DNA of 32,000 nt, taken from contig NZ_AFPU01000001.1 of assembly GCF_000220175.1 (NCBI RefSeq), positions 655,512 through 687,511 of the forward strand, read 5' to 3'. Positions 25,507-32,000 of the stretch are shown here, piece by piece (position 1 is the first letter of the stretch; each line of letters begins with the position of its first letter). The position numbers and the translations under genes were made by a program. The notes below the pieces were generated by a model that saw only the letters and a list, made by a program, of their open reading frames with translations, searched no databases and had not been told where the DNA came from. This DNA is from Nitrosarchaeum koreense MY1. Lineage in GTDB: Archaea > Thermoproteota > Nitrososphaeria > Nitrososphaerales > Nitrosopumilaceae.

Positions 25507-25688
25507 TCTATTTTTTCTTTATTTTTATAATCGTTGAGCTCTTTTTCGCCTTCTAGTTTTCCTTTCTCAAATTCGCCTTTTGCTTTACCAAAAGTTTTTG
25601 CCAATTCGGGAATCTTTTTTGCACCGAAAATTAAGACTACTCCTAATATTACTATGATAATTATCTCATATCCCATTGGTGGTGCCAT
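25503..25688 (-). CDS. tatA: Twin-arginine translocase subunit TatA/E
   Basis: A single TM helix then an amphipathic helix: IIIIVILGVVLIFGAKKIPELAKTFGKAKGEFEKG. Confidence 0.85.
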   Translation of the reverse strand: MAPPMGYEIIIIVILGVVLIFGAKKIPELAKTFGKAKGEFEKGKLEGEKELNDYKNKEKID

Positions 25689-25700
25689 CTGAGCTTTAAG

Positions 25701-26501
25701 CTATGTTTTGAGATTTAAATCTTTTTTACTTTTTTTGCGCTCAATTATTACCATTCCTCCAAAATACAATGCCATCATAGGTACTGCAATAAACCACATG
25801 GTTACACCGCTTCCATCTGGAGTAACTATTGCCCCAAAAACTACAATTGCTAGTATTGCATATCTGGCATTTTTTCTCCAAAACTTTGAATCCACAATTT
25901 CGGCCATTGTTAATGCATACATTATCAATGGGATCTGAAATGATATGCCAAATGCAAGTAAGTATTGTAAAACAAAAGCAATAAAGTCCATGATGTTAAG
26001 AAACGTGATCAATCCTGACGCATCTCCGTATTTGTAGAGAAATTCCAGCATGAATGGAATTACTAGGAAATATGAAAAGATACACCCGGTAACGAATAAT
26101 CCTAAAGCGGGTAGTGCGATGCTTCGTGTTATTTTGATTTCCTGTTCTTTTAATGCCGGTTTGATAAATCCCACTGCCTCTTTGATTATCATTGGCATTC
26201 CAACCACTATTGCTACAAGTGCTGCAACATAGATTTGAGCAAAAAATGCTTGTCCTGGTTCTGTTTGAATTAACTGTACTCCTTGTGGAACTAGGTTGTT
26301 TTTCATGTGTGTTGTAATCTGTGCTGCAATATTGTTCACAGGATCAATTTCAGGATAATACAATTGAACTCCCAATATCTCGATAGGATACAAGTGACAT
26401 GAAATTACAAATGCAAAAATAATTCCTAAAACAATGATGATTCTTACAAAGCGTTTTCTTAACTCTTCTAGATGTTTATTGATATCTTCAATAGATGACA
26501 T
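25701..26501 (-). CDS. tatC: Twin-arginine translocase subunit TatC
   Basis: 266 aa, six TM helices. N-terminal HLEELRKRFVRIIIVL pattern. Lies 12 nt upstream of tatA. Confidence 0.9.
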   Translation of the reverse strand: MSSIEDINKHLEELRKRFVRIIIVLGIIFAFVISCHLYPIEILGVQLYYPEIDPVNNIAAQITTHMKNNLVPQGVQLIQTEPGQAFFAQIYVAALVAIVVGMPMIIKEAVGFIKPALKEQEIKITRSIALPALGLFVTGCIFSYFLVIPFMLEFLYKYGDASGLITFLNIMDFIAFVLQYLLAFGISFQIPLIMYALTMAEIVDSKFWRKNARYAILAIVVFGAIVTPDGSGVTMWFIAVPMMALYFGGMVIIERKKSKKDLNLKT

Positions 26502-26529
26502 CTGAAATCAGTCTATCTCATCGCTTTAT

Positions 26530-26994
26530 CTATTTGCCTGGAATTGGAAGTAATTTTGCTTCAGGCAATCCTGCGTTTTTGAGCTCCTCCAGACTCAGGT
26601 CTTGGAACTCTAAAGATATGATTGCTTTTGTCTTGAATTTCTGCTCCATGCTTTTTGCTAATATTGCAATGTCTTTGCTGGAATAGATTTCTTTTGAATC
26701 TTTAAGAAATATTCTCTCACCTTTTTCCATCTCTTTTCCTCCAAACTTTTCTTGCAGAAAACTGGTAATTGATGGTAATTCTTTTCTTGGAATATTGTTG
26801 TGATAGTAGGTGATTCCCTTGACTGATTCATAATCGTATGGTGTACCGTTTCTATACATGAAAAGGCCGATGAAGATTGCTTGTACCTCTGGTTCTCTTA
26901 CACACTTTATCTCCCAGTTTAGCAGTTTCTCTTCATTGTATACAAATTTCTCCATTTCGTCTGGAGTAATCTTCCAATATCTTGATCTTGACAA
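26530..26994 (-). CDS. Hypothetical protein (154 aa)
   Basis: TTG start. Sits between the ArsR-like gene and tatC on the same strand (gaps of 33 and 28 nt). Confidence 0.5.
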   Translation of the reverse strand: MSRSRYWKITPDEMEKFVYNEEKLLNWEIKCVREPEVQAIFIGLFMYRNGTPYDYESVKGITYYHNNIPRKELPSITSFLQEKFGGKEMEKGERIFLKDSKEIYSSKDIAILAKSMEQKFKTKAIISLEFQDLSLEELKNAGLPEAKLLPIPGK

Positions 26995-27027
26995 TCTGTG
27001 GTATTCTTTTCTAATCTGATATAAATT

Positions 27028-27819
27028 TCAATGTTTGGCGATGTTTTTGCGTCGTTTAGTAATTACAACTTCTATGACTAGTCCTGCAACCACTACAATC
27101 AGAACTGTAACTACAGACCAAAGTATCTGGACTATTGGATCAAATGCTTGTGTCATTGGTGCAGTATCCATAATTGGTGAAGATTTCATCATTGTATCTG
27201 CAGATTCTGACATTCTTGCCATCTCGTCTATTGGCACTGATTCCATTGCTACATCTGCAGACTCTTCTGGAATTGACTTGAATGCCATCTCTGGAACATC
27301 TGGCGGCATTTGGGTATTTGCCGACATGTCTCCATCTTGCATCACATTTCCTTTTTGAATTAGTTGAGATGAAAACCATGCAGCAATTGATGCGCCACCA
27401 AGTGTTGCTAGTCTGTGAATTCTGGTAAACGAATTAAACAGCGATTTACTCTTTTTTGCAGGCTCTGACATCATTGCAGGCAAGATGACTATTGCAAGCT
27501 TGTCTACAGTGTAAAACTTCATGTCATGAGACTTTGTATTTTTTCCAATGTTGGTAATTTTTACTACTCCTGCATCTTGCATCTTTTTTAAATGATAAAT
27601 TACAAGTGGCAATGAGATTTCGGTCTTTTGTGATATTTGATTTGCAGTTAGAGAATCATTAAATAGAATTTTTAAAATTGCTCTGCTTGAATCTGAACTA
27701 AGTATCTCCCCAACTGACTTTAGCTTTGAATCCTCAGTAGATAAAATTTCGACTCTGTCTGCAATGCCTATTGTATCTCCCTCAGTATCTTTTAGAGCAT
27801 CTCCAATCTCGTCTTTCAT
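27028..27819 (-). CDS. Membrane-anchored ArsR/SmtB-type wHTH regulator with Met-rich loop between two TM helices
   Basis: wHTH segment SSRAILKILFNDSLTANQISQKTEISLPLVIYHLKKMQDAGVV. TM1 is LATLGGASIAAWFSSQLI. An acidic loop of about 75 aa contains 11 Met residues. TM2 is ILWSVVTVLIVVVAGLVIEVVI, followed by a basic tail. Confidence 0.7.
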   Translation of the reverse strand: MKDEIGDALKDTEGDTIGIADRVEILSTEDSKLKSVGEILSSDSSRAILKILFNDSLTANQISQKTEISLPLVIYHLKKMQDAGVVKITNIGKNTKSHDMKFYTVDKLAIVILPAMMSEPAKKSKSLFNSFTRIHRLATLGGASIAAWFSSQLIQKGNVMQDGDMSANTQMPPDVPEMAFKSIPEESADVAMESVPIDEMARMSESADTMMKSSPIMDTAPMTQAFDPIVQILWSVVTVLIVVVAGLVIEVVITKRRKNIAKH

Positions 27820-27911
27820 TGAACCAATAAAATTTTGAATCTCTTAATAACGCTTGTCGTTAAATTGAAATTTAATCAAACCTTATCTACAAAATTATTC
27901 ATTGTATAATC

Positions 27912-28697
27912 ATGAAACATTCAAAACAAATCTTTACAGCCATGATTGCTGTACTGGTAGTCTCTGTAACTGTGGGTGCAATTTCACTGACCCCAAATGC
28001 AGTAGCTCAAGAAGAAGTCACTCCTTTTCCATCAAGGGAAAAAGTGATCTCAGTTACCGGTAATGCAATCTCAAGTGTAAAGCCAAACCTTGCAAACATT
28101 AGTTTTGGTGTTGAAATTCAAGAAAAAACTGCCAAAGATGCACTGGCTTCAAATTCTGAATTGATGAACAAAGTGATTGCCGCAATAAAACAAGTAGGAA
28201 TCACTGATTCGGAGATCAGTACATCCCAGTTTAACATCTATCCTGTATACGATAGTTATCAGGACAAGGAGACTGGAAGATATACCCAAGAACTAATTGG
28301 ATATAGAGTAAGCAACATTATCCATGTTGAAACTGAGAATCTTAACAGTTTAGCTGCTATCATTGACAGCGCAGTTGAGGCAGGTGTAAACAGAGTAGAT
28401 AGCGTATACTTTTCACTATCTCCAGAACTTGCATCAAAACTCAAAGACGAACTTTTAGAAGAAGCAGTTCTCAATGCAAAGTCAAAAGCTGAAATGGCAC
28501 TAGCCCCACTCAATTACAAGATAATTGGAGTAAAGGCAGTCTCTCTTTCTGAATTTTCAATGCCATACCCAATGCCAATGTACGACATGGCATACAGTGA
28601 GGGAATTGCAAAATCCTCAGCCCCTACACCGATATTTTCATCTGACCAAGATGTCAATACAAGTGTAAATGTTGTCTTCCTAATTGGAAGCAACTAA
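27912..28697 (+). CDS. SIMPL / DUF541 family secreted protein
   Basis: Signal/anchor sequence. ISVTGNA...V.PN.A.ISFGVE...TAKDA...N...M..VI.AIK..GI......T..FNIYPVY is typical of DUF541. Confidence 0.75.
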   Translation: MKHSKQIFTAMIAVLVVSVTVGAISLTPNAVAQEEVTPFPSREKVISVTGNAISSVKPNLANISFGVEIQEKTAKDALASNSELMNKVIAAIKQVGITDSEISTSQFNIYPVYDSYQDKETGRYTQELIGYRVSNIIHVETENLNSLAAIIDSAVEAGVNRVDSVYFSLSPELASKLKDELLEEAVLNAKSKAEMALAPLNYKIIGVKAVSLSEFSMPYPMPMYDMAYSEGIAKSSAPTPIFSSDQDVNTSVNVVFLIGSN

Positions 28698-28718
28698 CTT
28701 TTTTTCTTTTTTAATCGT

Positions 28719-28982
28719 CTATACTTCCACCCTGTCCAAACAAGACTGGCATGGTGTATGTGCTTGTGATGTTTTCCATCTTCTTAAAATCTCTACAAAT
28801 CTATCTAGTCCCAATTCTGCATCATGTTCTATTTTGAGAAAAACATCGTATTTTCCCCAAATGCCGTTTTCTTCCATTACTCCCTTTATGCTTCTCAGGT
28901 GAGTGATTACCTCCTTTTCATGTCCTGGGTTGCAAGTATGTAAGTTTGCAATACTATGGTATTGTTGTCTTAATGATATAAC
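28719..28982 (-). CDS. Stand-alone Lrp/AsnC-type RAM (ligand-binding) domain-like ORF lacking a canonical start
   Basis: The open frame reads ...SIANLHTCNPGHEKEVITHLRSIKGVMEENGIWGKYDVFLKIEHDAELGLDRFVEIL.... This fits the RAM pattern (E.V...L..i.GV.e....G.YD....v...D...L..fv). The first ATG/GTG/TTG is at 28877, which would cut the domain. The ORF is in frame with, and immediately follows, the TAG of 28983-29168. Confidence 0.4.
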   Translation of the reverse strand, partial: VISLRQQYHSIANLHTCNPGHEKEVITHLRSIKGVMEENGIWGKYDVFLKIEHDAELGLDRFVEILRRWKTSQAHTPCQSCLDRVEV

Positions 28983-29168
28983 CTATCTGTTATTTTTTAA
29001 TTTGAGTATTGTTGATTTAGTTTCTCCAATCAGAACTGTCTTTACAGATTCTGAATGAAACCAACAAAGATTCTCATTTGATAAACATTGGTAGCACTTT
29101 ACAATGGAATCAAGTGATCTTGATAGTTCCTTGTTTCTTAATGAATCGTTTTCAAACGAATACTTCAT
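28983..29168 (-). CDS. Hypothetical small protein (61 aa)
   Basis: ATG ORF ending in TAG at 28983-28985. The downstream RAM-like frame is contiguous with it. Confidence 0.35.
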   Translation of the reverse strand: MKYSFENDSLRNKELSRSLDSIVKCYQCLSNENLCWFHSESVKTVLIGETKSTILKLKNNR

Positions 29169-29311
29169 TATTTAGTATAGCACGTATCGGCATTTAACTA
29201 GATGTCATTTTGTTTAGTCACATACGATTTTGAAAATTCCCGTAATTGGGAATTTTTACATGCGATCATTATTCATAAACCCTTAAGTTCATACACTTTT
29301 GTAAAAAACCA

Positions 29312-29515
29312 TTGAAATCAGCCACAGTTATTGTGTATGTTCTTGGGGCAGTTGCTATTTTGGGAGTATTGGCAGGACTGCATCAAATTGTGATATATCA
29401 AGCTGAAATTGCATTTGAGGATTTTGAGTCAAAACAAAAATTATCTGATATCAAAGAACAGCCAACCCCAAAACCAGTAATAGAAAACAAGACAGCTGCT
29501 GAAACGGAAAAATGA
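29312..29515 (+). CDS. Small N-terminally anchored protein (67 aa)
   Basis: TTG start. One TM helix (TVIVYVLGAVAILGVLAGL) followed by a charged tail. Confidence 0.4.
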   Translation: MKSATVIVYVLGAVAILGVLAGLHQIVIYQAEIAFEDFESKQKLSDIKEQPTPKPVIENKTAAETEK

Positions 29516-29569
29516 TTCCTTCTTGAAATCTTGTAGGAAGATAGATTAACCTCTTTTTGATTTTCCAAC

Positions 29570-29836
29570 TTGTTGGCTGTCTTTAATGTTCATGTAACAA
29601 TTGAAAACAAACCAGGCATTAGCGATCCTGAGGGTGAGACAATTCTAAATGACTTGGTACTAAAAGGCGGAGACTCTTCAATATCTAAAATAAAGACTGC
29701 CAAGATGCTAAAATTTACAATCAAAGAAAAAGACAAAAAATCTGCACAAGCAAAGGTGCAGAAAATATGTGACGAACTAAGAATCTACAATCCGATGGTA
29801 AGCAAAGTCACAATTGATGTCTTTGATGCATCCTAA
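29570..29836 (+). CDS. purS: Phosphoribosylformylglycinamidine synthase subunit PurS
   Basis: About 88 aa. V.V.I..KPGISDPEGETILNDL...G signature. Located upstream of purQ and purL. Confidence 0.85.
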   Translation: MLAVFNVHVTIENKPGISDPEGETILNDLVLKGGDSSISKIKTAKMLKFTIKEKDKKSAQAKVQKICDELRIYNPMVSKVTIDVFDAS

Positions 29837-29914
29837 ATTGTTCTAGTTGCAAACAGCGATCAACTAATTATTGATTTTTGAGTTTTTTGACTAGACTCAA
29901 ATTAAATATCTCTG

Positions 29915-30610
29915 TTGATAAATCAAAGTGTGAAGGTAGGGGTAATAGTTTTTCCAGGAAGTAACTGCGATCGTGACATGTATCATGTGCTAACTGATGT
30001 TTTTAATCTGGATGCCCAGTATTTTTGGCATGAGAAAGGACTGCCAAAAAATATCGATGCTGTGATTCTTCCAGGTGGATTTTCTTATGGTGATAGATTA
30101 AGGTCTGGGGCAATTGCAGCTCATAGTCCTATAATTAACGACGTGAGAAAGATGGCAGACAAAGGAATCCCTATTTTGGGCGTATGCAACGGATTCCAAA
30201 TTCTAGTTGAGGCCGGTCTCCTTCCAGGTGCATTGCTCAAAAATACATCGCTGAATTTTATGTGTGGCTGGACTAATTTGATAGTTGAAAACAACAAGAC
30301 TCCATTTACAAACAAATTGAAACTAAATCAAAAGATTCCAATTCCAATTGCAAATGGTGAGGGCAGATATTATGTCGATAATGACACGCTAAAAAAATTA
30401 AAGAAAAATAATCAAATTGTTTTTAGATACGAGCAAGTGATAAACGGCTCAATTGATAGAATAGCTGGCGTTTGCAACGAAGATGGAAATGTTGTTGGAA
30501 TGATGCCTCATCCAGAAAGAGCAGCCGAGTCTGCAATTAACCCAATTGACAATAAACCGTCTTCTCTAATTTTTGAATCACTGATTAAAACAATTGGTGT
30601 TAAAAATTGA
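29915..30610 (+). CDS. purQ: Phosphoribosylformylglycinamidine synthase glutaminase subunit PurQ
   Basis: VKVGVIVFPGSNCD, GGFSYGD, catalytic GVCNGFQIL and MPHPER. The true start is perhaps the GTG at 29930. Confidence 0.9.
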   Translation: MINQSVKVGVIVFPGSNCDRDMYHVLTDVFNLDAQYFWHEKGLPKNIDAVILPGGFSYGDRLRSGAIAAHSPIINDVRKMADKGIPILGVCNGFQILVEAGLLPGALLKNTSLNFMCGWTNLIVENNKTPFTNKLKLNQKIPIPIANGEGRYYVDNDTLKKLKKNNQIVFRYEQVINGSIDRIAGVCNEDGNVVGMMPHPERAAESAINPIDNKPSSLIFESLIKTIGVKN

Positions 30611-32000
30611 GTCTAGAGCCCCAAGAACTAGATGACCTTACATCAAAGATTGGACGAAAACCAACATCGACTGAATTACAAATTGTAGCTGCTGAATGGT
30701 CAGAGCATTGCTCGTACAAGTCATCAAAGAAACATCTCAAAATGTTGCCAATGAAAGGGCCTTTGGTAATTTCTGAAAAAGGATACGATTCCGGTGTGTT
30801 GGATGTTGGGGATGGTTATGTAATTACAGCTCATATTGAAAGTCACAACCATCCGTCTGCAGTTGAGCCATATGGCGGTGCTGCAACTGGTGTTGGCGGT
30901 GTTATCCGAGATATCCTGTCTGCAGGAACCAGACCAATTGCAATTTTTGATGGTCTGAGATTTGGAAACATTGAAAAAGACTTGCAAGCAAGATGGCTTT
31001 TTAAAAATGCAGTTACCGGAATTGCAGACTATGGGAACTGTTTGGGAATCCCAACAATCGGCGGTGAGGTTGAATTTGATGAATGCTATACAAATTACGC
31101 TCTAGTTGATGTCGCAGCAATTGGATTTGGCAAGAAATCAAATCTGATAAAAAATCATGCAAAAAAAGGAGACATTGTCGTATTACTTGGCGGTTCTACT
31201 GGAAGGGACGGCATTGGTGGTTCTCAGTTTGCATCTGATTCATTAGAGTCTGAAAACAGATCAGCAGTCCAAATCCCAGATCCATTCATTGAAAAATTAA
31301 TCATCGAGGCAATTCTTGAGGCAAGAAATCAGAAACTAATTCATGCAATGAAGGACCTTGGCGGCGGTGGACTGTCCTGTGCTGTTTCTGAAACTGCTGA
31401 TGCTCTTTCTATTGGAATTGAGATGGATGTAAACAAGGTTCACACTAGAGAATCTGACATGAACCCCGATGAAATAATGGTATCTGAATCTCAGGAGAGA
31501 ATGCTAATTGTCACAAATAATGAGAAACTAAAAAAACTCCAAGAAATCTGCAAAAAGTTCCGCATATCTTGTTCTGTTATCGGTCATGTTACTTTTGATA
31601 ACATGATGCATGTAAAGCAGGGAAGCAAGACATGTGCAAATCTTCCAACCGACGTTGTTGCAAACGCCAAACTTTTGGACAGACCATCAAAAAAACCTGA
31701 ATATCTAGAAAATATAGAACAAGAAAAGAAACTCAAACCAATTTCTGATTATTCAAAAATGATGATGAAGTTTCTTGCAGCGCCAAACATTGCAAGCAAA
31801 ATTTGGGTGTATGGCCAATATGATCATGAGGTAGGAATTAGAACAGTAGTAAAACCTGGCAAAGATGCATCTGTACTTCGATTGGATAATGGCAAATTTT
31901 TATCAGCAAAAATCGATGGCAATCCAAAACACTGTTACATCAATCCAAGAGAGGGAGCAATTGGCTGCTTTGAGGAAGCATGCAGAAATGTTGTCTGCAC
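30607..32000 (+). CDS. purL: Phosphoribosylformylglycinamidine synthase subunit PurL, 3'-truncated by window edge
   Basis: The TTG at 30607 overlaps the purQ stop (aTTGA). The product reads MSLEPQELDDL..IGRKPTSTELQIVAAEWSEHCSYKSS...ESHNHPSAVEPYGGAATGVGGVIRDI. It is absent from the ORF track because the frame has no stop within the window. Confidence 0.92.
   Translation, partial: MSLEPQELDDLTSKIGRKPTSTELQIVAAEWSEHCSYKSSKKHLKMLPMKGPLVISEKGYDSGVLDVGDGYVITAHIESHNHPSAVEPYGGAATGVGGVIRDILSAGTRPIAIFDGLRFGNIEKDLQARWLFKNAVTGIADYGNCLGIPTIGGEVEFDECYTNYALVDVAAIGFGKKSNLIKNHAKKGDIVVLLGGSTGRDGIGGSQFASDSLESENRSAVQIPDPFIEKLIIEAILEARNQKLIHAMKDLGGGGLSCAVSETADALSIGIEMDVNKVHTRESDMNPDEIMVSESQERMLIVTNNEKLKKLQEICKKFRISCSVIGHVTFDNMMHVKQGSKTCANLPTDVVANAKLLDRPSKKPEYLENIEQEKKLKPISDYSKMMMKFLAAPNIASKIWVYGQYDHEVGIRTVVKPGKDASVLRLDNGKFLSAKIDGNPKHCYINPREGAIGCFEEACRNVVC

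Noticed and set aside
28684-28902. A 72-aa plus-strand ORF.
   Set aside because: It is antisense to the RAM-domain-like frame, which has a recognisable fold pattern, and its product is Ser/Leu/Phe-rich.
30724-30987. An 87-aa minus-strand ORF.
   Set aside because: It lies inside purL, opposite the highly conserved SHNHPSAVEPYGGAATGVGG region.

Overview
AT-rich archaeal chromosome segment, most consistent with an ammonia-oxidising thaumarchaeon (Nitrosopumilus-like). Supporting this are archaeal EF-2, PurP, a PEFG-CTERM cupredoxin, frequent TTG/GTG starts and many very small ORFs. Housekeeping genes sit at both ends. On the left are aEF-2 (5'-truncated, 1-2000) and a secreted SNase-type nuclease. 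On the right are purP, a patatin-like lipase, ubiX plus an SRPBCC gene, tatA/tatC, a SIMPL protein, and purS-purQ-purL (purL runs off the window). Between about 3.0 and 21 kb lies an accessory-looking block of roughly 40 mostly small genes. These include small helical or coiled-coil proteins, zinc ribbons and two wHTH proteins. Also present are a PIN-like (DUF5615-type) protein, a bifunctional-nuclease-domain protein and a RelA/SpoT-type HD hydrolase. Three secreted surface proteins complete the block: a cupredoxin, a metzincin and an adhesin-like protein. I found no tRNA, rRNA, CRISPR array, integrase or transposase. The most unusual structure is a decaying inverted duplication (4061-4190 versus 19843-19970, with patchy similarity beyond). 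It is built around an 18-nt core, AGATTCTAAACTCTTTTC, that recurs five times in ORF-poor AT-rich DNA and brackets a 15.9-kb part of the accessory block. Other items worth follow-up are a membrane-anchored ArsR-type regulator with a methionine-rich external loop co-directional with tatC/tatA, and a paralogous 67-68-aa protein pair with one copy coupled to the nuclease-domain gene. Further items are sub-threshold ORFs (including a C2H2 zinc-finger peptide) and a RAM-domain ORF with no canonical start, sitting in frame behind a TAG stop. All homology calls come from motif recognition by eye; no database search was possible.
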